From Moniliella sp. 'wahieum' (taxonomy: Eukaryota), in contig RSEE01000132.1 of assembly GCA_003971905.1 (NCBI GenBank), positions 62,001 to 126,000 on the forward strand: DNA of 64,000 bases, read 5' to 3'. Each line of letters starts with the position of its first letter. The stretch's first letter is position 1. The notes beneath the pieces were generated by a model that was not told the origin of the DNA, made no database searches, and was given only the letters and a program-made list of their open reading frames with translations. The position numbers were made by a program, and so were the translations under genes. Shown piece by piece: positions 37,640 through 50,923 of the stretch.

Positions 37640-39539
37640 GGGAAACGGGAGAATGTGTGTTTTTATAGAACTGATGTGCATCTCATCGTTGCCTGCCACG
37701 GCCCAGGGATTGTAAAGAAATAGTCAAGACAAGAGAGCTCCCTATGTGGTGACGCTGACGCTGATACGTACCTTAGACTGCTGCAGTGGCTAAGATGTTC
37801 TGTTCTGGTGAGGGGATTGTGAAGGGTTTGCCGGCTTCCGAGGAGGAGACCTTACCTGCCCCTCCGAGGCAAGACTCACGGAGGACTGAACGCGTTTCAG
37901 ATCCAAGATCCAAAGAATACAGGCGTGAATGTAGGCGGTTCGCGATTAGTCCGTTGCTATTCGTCGGGCAGACCCATTGGATTCCTAGCGAGCGCCTTAC
38001 ATCAAGGACGGGATGGATTCGGTGCATCTTTTCTGTTGTATTTTGGTGACTCTGTTTATTACGGGCTGCGGCGGACCCGAGATGGTCCGACCCAAGCTAA
38101 GGTCCGCCTGCTCCCCACATGCCCAGTAGAGCGTGCTCAGCAGGCCAACCAAGTGTGATGATGGAGTTGGCTAAATTAGGTATACCGTGTGGCCCGAAGG
38201 GCCATGCATCCGCGCGACAATAGTCGTCCGGGCCGCCCAGGTCCAAGTCGGCTGGCCTCAATAAGGCCACCGAGCTTCCAGGGTCGTGCGACGACTGTCG
38301 CCTCTGTCCCCTTTTTCTTCGAGCGTCGGGGTTGCGAGTCAAAGCCATCTTGAGAACAGGGAAACAGGGGGGGTAATAGAGGCGCTGTTGGCCCGCCGCG
38401 TCCAAATTAAATGCTCGCCTCCTCGAGGCTTGGGGGAGAGTACGAGAGCTACCCTGGTCCGCCTGCCAACGTTAGAACGCTCGCACGAATACCAGGACCT
38501 GATGAGGACCAGAAGGGGATCGGCGCGCTCCCCTGGACAAGGCATGCCCACCTGCCTACTTGGTAGGATAAACACGGTAACTGTGCCGGGCGATGTGGGG
38601 AGCAGAGTCGACAGGAGCTGCTACAGAAGCTGGACGCTGCTGATGGTCGCCATGTGGTCGAGCACAGCAACCCGTTGAGCCACACTGTGAGCCACACACT
38701 TGGCTCTTCATTCCATCCGCCCCGTGCCACCGGCTCTCTGACAAGCAGGTCCAGGTTGGTCTCCACAGCTCCGTGTGCTGTGCCGCTCTACGCGCAGCAT
38801 GAACAAGTGCGGCGTCATGTCCTCGCTGGAGCACATCATGGCTTGCACCCGCACTCAGGTCATGCTTGGTGCGTTGCATGAGGCAGTGCGGGTGCCTAGT
38901 CTCCAGTTGGTGCTCCATTCCCGTCATTCACGTCCACAACGAACCTACTGTGGAGGAAGAAGATGAGACGAGGCGCGAGAGGAAGGCAATGGGCACTGAG
39001 TACCGCGTGGTGATGCGTCGAGGGGTCGGAGGATTTGGAATGAGGTGGACCACACGCTGCGCGACTTGGGAACACAGGAGGCGCGGGATGCATACCGGAA
39101 GGTGGTACACGATGAGAGCACCGCGACGCCTTTGGAACGACGGGAGAAGGAGCTGCTTGGCTGCTGGAACAATAAGAATGCGAAAAGAACGCCAAGTACC
39201 AGGGACGCACTCCAGAGCCGTATTCCCCTGGTCTTGACGACGCGAGGATACTATGGCACCAATAGAGCAGGCAAGATGGTTGCGCACTGGAATGATTTGA
39301 CTACTGACTGTCAATGGAAATGTTCCTCGCTGGGATGTCTACCACGTGGTTCTCCGTGTCCACACGAGCTACTTCGGTTATGGGAACGGATGACGGGCAC
39401 GGGAGGGTCCTGATCTCCTCGCGATTCCCCTGATTCTTTAAACAGGCTTCCCAATAACGAGCGATACATGCTGGATGAAAAGGTCGGTGTAGACGCAGGG
39501 TTTTCTTAGTCCTCGCCTTAAGTTCTGTCAATGATATAG
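37640..39539 (+). mobile_element. Longer decayed CRE/Cnl1-like non-LTR retrotransposon, copy 3 (RT remnant, CCHC knuckle, RLE)
   Basis: Degenerate RT motifs: GV..GGS-ISPLLF (QGDPLSPLLF-like) near 37925, LYFGD (YLDD-like) near 38035, KLGIPCG near 38175. Then LSDKQVQVGLH, NKCGVMSSLEHIMAC, and the RLE region and 3' UTR shared with copies 1 and 2. Confidence 0.8.
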
Positions 39540-42166
39540 TTACAGAATAGAAACAGGAAATTAAACTCAGTGCTTGTTAATGTGGCGATGAATTGCTTGC
39601 TACATCGGTGTCAAGCCATGTGGCGTTGCAGCACCAGCATTCTTCTTTTTCCTCTTCCCTCTTCATATGGATGGGAGTAATAGTTCTCAGGAGGTACTAT
39701 GAAGTGAATGTCATAATTTTACCACACTACCATTCTTGTCGGTCAGGTGCACAATACTTTACATATCAGGTCAAAGTAGAAACAACTTTTTCCAAGCATG
39801 TCTCCGATGTATCAGTGCTTAGTTCACATATCATTGTAGGGTAACCACCACATATCCCTAACTTACATTATTAGTACACACACTCCTTGGCTCTCAACCA
39901 AACCAATTCTGAATTCAATATCTCCAGTCAAAATCAGTTCCCATTGATGCATGCACAGTCAGGTCATTTTTTCCCGTTGATGAAGTTCAAAATTTTTCAG
40001 CTGGTCTAAGTGCTTTTACAACGCACCTTCTATACAACGACGACACGCAGTTATTCAATAATAGGTCTTTGCGCAGAACCGTTTGATAGTACAGGCCACT
40101 GGGGATAGAAAGTCATCTCATGCACTCCATAGCCTCTATCACTTCCATCCAGTGAAGGTCAGTAGAAAAAAGAACTATTGTCAGTCACTGGTGGATTGCC
40201 ACGCGAGTATAACACGCCATTCATGGACACAACACATCTTAATCAGAGGATCACCTGTTGTACTATCCACAAAACCATCTTATTTATCCTAATACTGTCA
40301 AGAGAATTCAACGAAGTAATTAATATTTTTTGATACTACAACCCGCGTCATTCTCTTACGCCGCAGCTAAACACTACAGGTGTATATCACTGCCCTGCCT
40401 ATTTTTAACCATGACCCTTACCTCTCCGTCGTATTGTCCAATCCCCTGGGACTCCAATTTCCAAGGATTTATTTTCATGCCGCCGGTTCCCGCAACGCAA
40501 TATCCGTCCTTATATTGCTCTCCGTCTCACAGCATTTGATACCCAGTTTCTGAGAGTTATCTTGACGAATACGAACCAGTGGGATATCAGCACCTGTTGG
40601 GTTTCATTTGGATACATTAAGCTAGGTGACAGGGCATAATTCCAAAAGTTGTACACAATATACTATTGTTTCGGACGAACGTTAATACTTGTGTTTGACA
40701 GACCATGGTATGGATATGAAGATTGCGCACCCCAAAATCTCTCAACCGTTCCTTCTATGATGTAATGTCCTCGCCTTGAAACGCCTTGCATTTCTTGAGA
40801 AGTGAGGGAAAGAATGCAAGGAGAGTCGCCGTGCTGTGCCAGATTCCGGTGACAGATGCGGGACAAAAAGATAGGTAGCCATTGAGGGCGTACGAATGAT
40901 AAGGCCCTCTCCCCTTCATTGATTAGTTTCAAACTCGATCCTGAAGTCAAGCAGGACATTTTATGCGTTCATTCATTCAACTAGAAAGTACTCTAAAATT
41001 ACCAGTAACTGCATGTATTATTCGAGTTGGGTTCATTTCCTGTGGATCATTGGGTGGCAGAATATTTTAAGGCTACGTTTGCCAAGTTTGTTTGGTTGGG
41101 AGTATCAGTACGGGAATCAGTCGGAAATTGGCACAAACGTATCCGTCTATTCACAACTGTGATTGGAGGTAGTATCGTTCAAATTGGCAATAGGTAAGGT
41201 ATTTCACGGGTAATTCTGAATCATTTTGCTGTCGGGCAAATTGTTTATTGAATATTACCGTTACAATTCAATCAGGCCTAACATTGGATTGTTCGCAGTT
41301 TGTGCTGAATGCAGTCATCGGCTACTTACTGTATTCGAGATTTTACTATCGCGAGGGCGTGACGCGAAACCCTGCACTGCCATCATATCTTCCGATGGAA
41401 CGACGTGGGCAAGAAGTTGGTCCCCCTTACGTGGCTTATCTAAACCATTAATATAATAGAGTCTGTGTGATGTTGACCTGACATAAATGTTGATTAAACC
41501 AGTCGTCACTCGTTAGGTACCTTTGAAATGAATGCATTCACGCAAAGATATGTTAGGTCAGTAATAGGGTTTGATCCCAATCTTTTTATACCTCGATTGA
41601 AAGAAGGCCATGCCGCCCGTTGCAAATGCTCGTCCAGTACATGATCCCTGTTGTACTACCGTTTTCTATTCGTTTGCCCACGTCGAAATGGTACCCAATC
41701 CACAGGTTAACCAAGTATAAATGTTTGACCCATTGCTACGAATGATTCGTCAGGGGTTGATTGCATCAGTGTTATTGGCGGCGTACGTCATACAGGTGAT
41801 GCTATATCATTGGTACCCGAGGGCACGACAAAAAAGCTATTCTTTCGATGGTGCCACGGTCAATGGTGGTGTCCGCTCGGTCACGCACGACATGGTGTGC
41901 TTTTCAGCATCCATGAGCCAAAAGGCAAGGGGCTAGGACAAAAAAGGAGGGGGTAGTGTTGAAGCGGTGCAGGTTCTCAGCACCTACGGCAACACTCCTG
42001 GCCCAAGTCTGATATTAGTGAGTACGTATGTTCGATGACCTGCCCGGCGGCGACTCATTCCTCAGAGGTCAGAGGGGGTTACCGTGGTTATCACCAATAT
42101 GTCCTTGGGCTAATAGGTGCGTCCAAGCGTGGCTACACGGCTGCGGGGTTGGTATGGGATAAACCC

Positions 42167-42685
42167 AAGTTCCCGGAACAAATGGTTGAAAAGCACGGCC
42201 ATAAGCTGGAGTGGGTTTGGCCATCTCTACTTCATATTTTTACATAAGCCTCACGTCAGCCACCGGGTGGCGCAGCCACCCGTCCCAGCCACCAGCAAGT
42301 ATTATTTTGTCTCTCCAGCGTGGAAGGGTTCCAGCGTGGAATAGTGGACCGGGGGAACGGTGGCTACGGTGGCGACGGGGGAATGGTGGCTAAGGTGGCG
42401 AAGCAGCACAGCTGGGCGAAGCCCCAGCCGACCGTGCCGTAGGCCCGATGGTCCTCCTTGTACCCAATAAATTCGCACCTGTTTAATCCTAAGTCCACAT
42501 CCCTCTCATTACACAGGAAAAGCCGTGCCAGAAAGTTCCCGGAACAACTGGCTTAAAAGCACGGCCATAAACTGAATTGCTCTTGGCCATTATCCAAATC
42601 TCGCTATAATAGAAGTACTTAGCTGAACCTCATGTTTGCGCCAAGGTTATATATCCAAGCAATTCTCACTTGTTTAATCCTAAGT
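42167..42685. repeat. Degenerate direct repeats
   Basis: AAGTTCCCGGAACAA.TGG.T.AAAAGCACGGCCATAA at 42167 and 42533. CAC(C/T)TGTTTAATCCTAAGT at about 42476 and 42667. Confidence 0.85.
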
Positions 42686-42899
42686 TCGATCAAATGCATT
42701 TTTGGGTGGGTTAGGGTGTCCATTCTGTCCTGCGGCCACATCAACTTTCGCCATCGCGGCCGCAACCGTTGCGCTTCAAACTTGATGCCCCTTCAGCACC
42801 CAAGACCACACATCTACTCTCTCTCTCTGTGGCCACCTTCTCCTCCAAAGCAATGGGTTAGGTTAGGGAGTAGCAAAGTCGGCATGACCAGTGTAAGCA

Positions 42900-45800
42900 T
42901 AAAAACGTACCGCCAAATCGAAAATGCGACGACGCATGGTTGACCAAGTCGGCTTCAGGAACACCGTCAACAGAACTTGGACAAACTTTTTGTCACACGA
43001 CCGAGATATGGCCCAGGAGTTGTCCGTCAAAAGTGAACTCTTTCAGACCTCGCGGGGAACAAGCCGCTTGCGGACAGAAAACCAAGCCTAAATCCTTATT
43101 GAGTTGCCGATCCTCCTCTAGGGATGCAGACAAACCCATACCGCGAAGAGTCATTTGCACCATTTCTGTCAGTGGCGAGTCAGTATAGCACAAAGTAATC
43201 CTGGGGTGTGCGGCGAGAGCTGATGGTCCTGACCTTTTTGTGCTCCAGCAAGCGTTTGAAATGCTGGCGTGTGGTTTGGACATGGTACGGCCCCTAGCCA
43301 ACGATTCCTGCTTCGCATTGCTTGACAAAAAGACCACTCGAAGAGTCTTGATATCGCATAGACTTTCCTCGATGAGTGTGCATGTTGCCCTTGTAACGAG
43401 CGGATCGATGAAATACGGATCCAATTCTCCGGAAAAGGGCCACATCAGAGGGGGAATGCCAGCAAATTCTTCCTGATTAACGGAGCTCTCTTCATCAGTG
43501 TCCATTGTGCGGGGGAACAAGGTGTCAGCGTCAAGACCCAGCGAAAAACTTTTTCGTTGTTCATCGTCGTCGTCTGCGGGTTCAATTGACCTCGCATAAT
43601 CATTTCACGAACCAACACGGGAACGAGGGGGGGGGGGGAGGGACTACAACGTAACTCTCGGTTCGTACTCCTTTTTCCCTCTCTTCCGTCGGAGTCGCTG
43701 CCGGAATCGCTGTTGACCCCACTGGTGCCACCAGGTGGTTCTTCAGGGGACGGTTCGTCACCTTCGAAAGCAGTCTTCACCACGGGCTCCGGCTCAGGGC
43801 TAGTTCATACGTCGTGTGTCCCTCAGGCGGCGAGCGGCGTTGCTGGATACTGGGGCGTCCTGACGGTGCGGGGGAGGGAGGCATTGTAGAGTGGCAGTAC
43901 TGGCTCAACAGAAAGATGATGGCGGGAAAGGTGGTGGGCGGGGGCATGCAGTTCGCCTAAAAGGGATGCAGCTGTGTGGTCGCTTCCCCCCAGGGGTCGG
44001 ATTCCCAGGGTCGATCGAGCTGAGATTTGCGGAACGTGAATTGACTTTACCACCTCAAATTGAGGCCTGGGGCCGCTGTTTTAGCGATCATCCTGCATCA
44101 CCCCCAAAACGAAGCATGGTGCTGGAGAGCATGCTGTGCTGCCTGCGACGTGAGGTGGCTGAAGCCCGTGCGGGGCAGGGTCGCTCCCACGAAGCATGTT
44201 AAAGTACGTTAAACGCTAACTGGTCACCGGTCACTGGTAGCCGTACGGTAACCTCAGCCTTCAGGCTCCGGCTGGGCGCTGTGAGCGCACAGCCTTGCAA
44301 AATAAGACCCGAATACTTCCTGACATGGGGAGAAATAGGTAAACGGACAGACAGTTCATGTTGAGCCATCGGGTGGCTCGTGCTTTGGCCAATGTCCCTT
44401 CGCTCCTCCTCAGGCCTGGGAGTTCTGTTGTTTTCTCTCTCCTGTTTTTCCTTGTTCCGCAGCTTAGCCCCTGGTGGCGACTCGCTGCTTGCTGTTCCTT
44501 TGTAGGTGTTGCTGGTTGACTTAGACCACCACCACCACCAGTGCGATTGCATCACCCTCAAAGACCATCCACACTCTAGGTCTCATCAGTTCAAACCCAC
44601 TTCCGGACCGAGACACCTGTTCACCTAGCTGAACTCTCCTACAGCGACACCATCACCATCTCCCCAAGAAACAAAATCTGCCAGCCATGCGATATCGCCA
44701 GAACCTTCCCTCAATGGCAAGGAAACAAGAGGGTGCAATTCCTTCGCCCCCCCCCCCCCCCCCCCCCCGGTGCCCCGAATCTGATCGCTCGATGATTGGC
44801 TGATATCAGGGCCAAAATTACGCCTGGTACGCCCCCTCCGCAAAACATTTGCCGATTCAATGGTTGCTCGAGGCTAACCGCGCATGCATTGCCTGGCAGG
44901 ATATGTTACCTTCAAAGCCATCGGCATCAACCAAATCTTGGTTTGAATCGGTACTATTCGGCATGTTGCGCATCTCAAGCATGTCCTGGTGGAGTACGCA
45001 TTGAAAACCCCTCCACAGGCCACAGCAACCTCATTTGCGCCTGGGACAAGCGAGCACAGAGCAGCGCGAAGCCTACATACTGGCCCAAGTGATAGCTCAA
45101 CGCCGCCAGGCTGCTGTGGGTGCGGCTCCTTCAGCATACCGCCAAGAGGGCGCGAGACGGCGTAGGCCCATTATACGCGGACCATTCGCCCGTCCCACGC
45201 ATCTGTTTGGATGCTACCAACGAAGATGAAGAGTCTGAATAGGAATGCCGCATCAATTGTGAAGCAGGCGTATGAACCACCAGCGATGAAGACAAGACTC
45301 TCTCTGTTGGGTATATAGTCGAGCACTGGAACGCCAGTGGCGTTGATATATTAGTAGCTAGCATGCAAGCTATAATAACAGTGGAGGAGATGTCTGCCTG
45401 TTCGCCTTCTACCCTTTTGGTTTGTGCTTTCGCAGGGGAGACTGTGATCCTACAGCTGCTCCTATCGCGGCTCGATGGCGTAGTGGTCACGCGTCACTGA
45501 CTAATCGGCGATGCCGTGGGTTCGATTCCCATTCGAGCCTTTCTTTTCCTCACTATTTCCCCCGGGCTGTGCCTTCTCACTATGAATATTTCCAAGCGGA
45601 GGCACTATACCGGCAAATAGATGAATGCTAGGCGCCGATTCTGGGAAAACACTAAAGGAAGTTTATATATGCCGTATAGGAAACCAACGTGCTTTAAACC
45701 CGAAGAGCCAGAACATGGAAATTTCTTATACAAAGTCCGCAGCCGTGTAAGGACATGGAGTGGGCTTTCGACGTGTAGCAGAGGCGGCTACAGGTGTGGC

Positions 45801-47700
45801 AAGGAAATGGATTCACCTTGGGCGGTAGTAACTTGCTTGGAGCGGTCGGGGCTCAGGGACGGGAAGTGTCAGCGGGGAATAAACACTGCCCGTTGAAACT
45901 GGAGGCGGCGTCGCTGGAAGGGGGACCGCGCACCGGGTGGGCTTGATTTTCAATGTGAAGACTCGAGGCGGGCACACGCGACTTACTGGGCTGAGAAACT
46001 GGGAACTGGAGGACGAGGTCGAGGAGCGGATGAGCAACTAATAAGATAAGGAAGAGTTGCCTGGGCTGATCAATCGACGAGGACGGGAGAGGAAGACGGC
46101 AATGGCTTGTGGGAGCTACTGCTTACAGACAGTTTAATAAGGGAAACAAGGGGAACAGGGAGACCAGGGGGAAGGGTTGCCGCGCGGGCACCTTATAAAG
46201 GCAAGGAAAACGGGCACGAGGCGACTATTCTGGCAAAGGAGGGTACTGACAATTGATTGGCCCCTTTGTGGCTACCGACTCGCTTAGGCAAGAGGAGACT
46301 ATTGTCGCACGGATACGTACAGTGGTGATCGCATTGGCGATGGCGCTCTCCACCGCAAACAGGGACCTGATCCGATCTGATCCAATGACCAACCTGGGGT
46401 CGGGGTTAGAAAGGCGAAGGGTGCTCTTGGCTCCCCTGGACTTCAATGTCCGCCTGTTTTTTTCCCGTCTTCGCCGTGACATTCGTCACGTTAATCTCAC
46501 AATTCAGCGGCTCTTGCATTAGGACATCGGCCTGACACGCTTCGAGAGGCCAACGAGTCTGTGTGAATTGCGGCATATACGCGCATGGTGTGTGGGGCAC
46601 CGGCGGCTGTAGCGGGATCGCGCTGCGGGGACTATACGTTGATGCTCAGTAACAAGTTACCCTTAGTCCGCTCCTCGCGGTTTACCTGTGTGGTCCATAA
46701 TTCCTTTCAGAGAGTACCGTCAGAATAGGCAATCGTTCGACTTTGCGGAGCTGTGGAGGAGAAACCGCATCAGCGGTGTACCCCACTTTAAAGCGTTGAA
46801 AATAAGGTTGAAGGAGAGTCCAGGAGCAATGTGGCCGGGGCACGAGCCGACGCTCCTAGGCATAGTACGCTTTCGAGGCAGAGAGTCCCCTGGATTATAA
46901 TTGATTGCAGTGGCGGCTATGCAATGGCGTTTTACCATATGAATGACGTGGTTTCTAGTGCCTATGGTGGCCAATGCGATTTGGCGTCCAACCCAGCCTC
47001 TCTCTCTCTTCATGGAGTTTGGGGACAGAAATTGCTCGAACAAAGTTAGAAGGGGGGCTATCCCCTTGGTCCAGCACGCGGTGCAGGTACTACTTAGGGA
47101 CGAATGTAAAAGGCTATGACTATAGTTGCATCGCTGTGGGCCTTCGGGTCATATAGGTGAGAGGGTGGGGTTCAATTTTGTTTATGTGCGTTCGAAGCGC
47201 GCCATTACATCGAACTTATCCCCGCGGCACATACTATTACTAACACGACATCGTCAGCTAGCTTCCGTCAAAGATTAAGAGAAGGATCGCGCCGGGAACC
47301 CGAACACTTGGTATGCCTGTGGCAATAAGGCCTTCTCAGTGATGCGGCCTGCTTCCCTGAGTTCTAGTGATGGAAGCGATCGAGGGCCCATTATTTGTTG
47401 TGCCTTAGCACGATGTCCAAACCCTCGTTGGGACGGGTTGCTGCCACAGATACAAAGTTGTGGGAATCGTGCTTGTCCCACACGCTCTGGCACATAATGC
47501 GAGAGAGCCGACACACCGTCGTGCGAGTAAGGCGATCGGTGGAGTGTGTCTGTGGGGTTGCGTTCCTTGCTTTTCTCTCCATGGTGCTTAATTGCGCCCG
47601 TGAGCAGCTCACTTTGTCGGAAGGTTGTCGAGGCTGTGGTCCCATCCATGGGGTCCAGACAGAACACGTGCATTTGAGCTTGAAGTTTAGGCAAGTTCTT
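42900..47700 (-). pseudogene. Decayed DUF3435/Crypton-like tyrosine recombinase gene (boundaries approximate)
   Basis: Motifs in order on the minus strand: *GARAATL (46192-46172, box I Arg); LKIKPTRCAVPL; AGIVPPLG/KYS**EGTA (about 45615-45565, HxxR-equivalent with TGG CGA mutated to TAG TGA); a putative intron; VHTPASQLMRHSY (45277-45239, His...Tyr). Downstream are an acidic region and a CPQAAC..F....LLGH finger-like motif. Confidence 0.45.
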
Positions 47701-48478
47701 TTCAATTGAAGTGTGAAGCTTGAAGCTAGTTGGTCATGCAACCCCGCCGTTGGTTTTAATTGGGTCCCACAGTGGGTGCAGCTGTAGTATTAATAGCTGT
47801 GGCTATAGTGAGTCCTGTGAGTCCTGAGATCAGCGTTGCGGCACAGCGTCAATCATCATGCATCAGCACAGACTGTGGGGCGCGAGCATCGGGGCCAAGG
47901 AGAAAAAGGGCCGAGTCTTGGCATCCAGGGACGATGTGGAGCGGCCAGGTACAGCTGGGGTGCAATTAAACAAAACGAGACCCTACTGCGTATAGAGGAA
48001 CGATCAATCTTATATCTATGCCGGTGCGAGGAGCTGCAACAGCGATACTATCCTGGGTGATCTACATAGAGCTGTCACACCCCACAAAATGAAGAGGAAC
48101 GACAACCGAGGCCAAGGATGTGCCCAATGAGGTTATTGGTTGCCAGAGACACACCGCTGGATAGAATGCAAGGCTCATCCGCCGGTCAGGCCAGTTGGTC
48201 CGATTCGGGGATGGGGCACTACTGCCTAGTGGAGCTTCCGCTTTCCGCTGAAATTGGTTCCTGGATAAACCACTGCACAAGTCACTGGAGGGCACAGCAG
48301 TGTCAATGTGCTACTAAAATACCTTTTCCATAATATAAGCAACAATGGCCGTGACATCTACTTTTCCCACCCCTCCCCCCCTCGTCCCCACACCTCACCC
48401 GCCTCCACACAACCCACACCTTCTCCCCTCCTTGAAGCGGTTGATCATTCACTTGCTTACGACCCCTGAGCCCATACC

Positions 48479-50923
48479 ATGAAGGCCCCGAACATTACCC
48501 ATCCGTCACGATTGTTCAGCCAGAAGGAGGACTCGTCCCAGGTTGATGACATCGAACGTGAAGTCGCCTTTGTTCCGCCCAAATACCTAGGGCTGTCGGG
48601 CCACCGTCTGTCTGGCGCCATTGGCCTTGCAGCCGGGGCTGGCTTCCTCATGTTCGGCTACGACCAAGGCGTGATGGGTTCCCTTTTTACCCTTCCCTCC
48701 TTCCGCCACCGTTTCGACTCAATTAACACGACCGAGCACAAGGAGCTGCACTATGCAGTGATGCAGGGCCGTACGTCTTTCCTCCTCGTTCTCTCCATCC
48801 TCCATCTCGCCGCTGATTGGATTGTTTGGAAACAAAACAGTTACCACTGGGCTGTATGAAATCGGCTGTTTCGTTGGAGCGCTGGCCTGTCTCGTGATCG
48901 GAGACCGCATTGGCCGTCGCAAGGTCATCACCTGGGGCGTGGCGATCATGATCATAGGCGCCATCCTCCAGTGCACTTCGTTCAAATTGAGCCAGTTGAT
49001 TATCGCGCGTGTTGTGACAGGTATCGGCAATGGAATGAAGACAGCCACCATCCCAATGTACCAGTCGGAGTGCTCTCCTCTCATTTGCGTGGCCAACTAA
49101 TCATGATTGAAGGTGCACTGATTACCGGTGGGATCATGCTCAGTACGTTCCCTTCGCTCACTGCCAACTGCTTGAACCTCATGCGAAGAGCGCTCACCTT
49201 CTTTTGCTGTGTTTTCTCTTTGTATTCTATTCTAGGCTATTGGATCGACTTCGCCTTTTACTGGGTGGAGCGAAAGCACCCAAACAGCCCCCCGTTGATG
49301 CGGCGTGGCGTGTTCCCATCGCCTTGCAATTCTGCTGGCGCTTCCGACGCTGTTTCTCACCATGTCGCTTTGTGAAAGCCCACGTTTCCTGATGCTCAAG
49401 AACCAAGAGGAAGAGGCGCGCAAAGTGCTCTCATCTCTCAACGAACTTCCACCAGATCACCCGGAGATCACAATGGCCATTGAGGAGATGCGGGAGTCGG
49501 TGGGGGCCGCCAAGTCGTTGACCTGGCGTGAGATCTACTCAAACGGACCAACGCGGAACCTACACCGCGTCATCCTTGGGTTCATTAGCCAATGTTTCCA
49601 ATAGGTGAGTGCTCCTCTCTTCTTGCATATATACAGTCACTCTTCTATTCTTTCCTTCAGCACTCACCGTGGGGAAGATTATTATCATAAGCCTCCCGAA
49701 CTTCTTCTGGGGCACCGTGGAGTCTTATTGGAGAGCGTGAATCACAAGAGATATTGTTTGGTCTCTCCACATCAGAACTGTTGACTCTGATTTCTCGTGC
49801 AGATTTCCGGGATCAACCTCATCACGTACTACGCTGGAACCATCTTCCAAAACAACCTTGGATTTGGCCCACTAATGAGCCGTGTCCTAGCTGCAGCCAA
49901 CGGAACCGAATACTTTGCTGCCTCTTGGATCGCTTATTACCTTGTCGAACACGTTGGTAGGCGTCCTCTGATGCTATTTGGGGCAGCAGGTCAATGTCTC
50001 ACGATGCTTGTCCTTGCGGTTACCAATGCGCCGAGCGTGACCCACCCTCGTCTTAAGAAGAATGATGTCGTTGGCGGTACCAATACAGCCGCTTCTGTGA
50101 TCGCCACAATCTGCCTCTTTTTGTTTAACACTTTCTTTGCCATTGGATGGCTTGGCATGACGTGGCTCACGCCCGCAGAAATGACGCCGCTTGTGGTGCG
50201 GGCGGCCGCAAATGGGTGGGCACATTTTCCTATGAATAACCGACACATGTGTGTCAGTGGACGTATTGCTGACGATGCCGCTTTCCCGTTGTCAGGATCT
50301 CAACCGCTTCCAATTGGATTTGGAATTTCCTCGGTACGTCTTCTTATCTCTTCTGTCGCCCGGTTTTTCCAAGAGGGCAAATGCGCTGACATAAATAAAC
50401 GTGTACATGCAGTGGTTATGGTGGGTCGCATTGCCAATGTATCTCTCAGCACAGGACTAACTCCTCTATGCAGGTAACCCCCATCAGTTTCGTGCAAATC
50501 AAGTACAACGTCAGTATAATTGCCCCCTCCCCGATTGATGACCTTGTGCACGTCTGACAAACTTTCTCTCATCACCCTGGTCGTCGGTCTAACCAGACAT
50601 ACACCGTCTTTTGTGTGCTCAATCTTTTCATCTTGGTCTGCACCTATTTCATTTTCCCAGAGACCATGGGCCGAAGCCTGGAAGAGATGGACGCGATCTT
50701 TGCTCAGTCGTCCAAGATCAACCCCTACGACGTGGTGCGTGTAGAGCGTCGCACCCCACGCAAATATGACCGCCATGGCCATCCCGTTGTCCTGCACCAA
50801 GATCTGTCATGGAAAGATTCGATCCCTCCGGGCGGACGGGTGATTCAAAGCGAGGACGTTGGTATTGAACAGCTGGGCGAATTCGTTCCTGGTGAGAGGC
50901 CCGAAGAAAATTGTTGCAGATGA
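48479..50923 (+). CDS. MFS sugar porter, STL1-like (in-frame TAG at 49602)
   Basis: FLMFGYDQGVMG, GDRIGRRK, ARVVTGIGNG..TATIPMYQSE, ESPRFL, ISGINLITYY, VGRRPLML, FPETMGRSLEEMD. Several introns. Confidence 0.93.
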
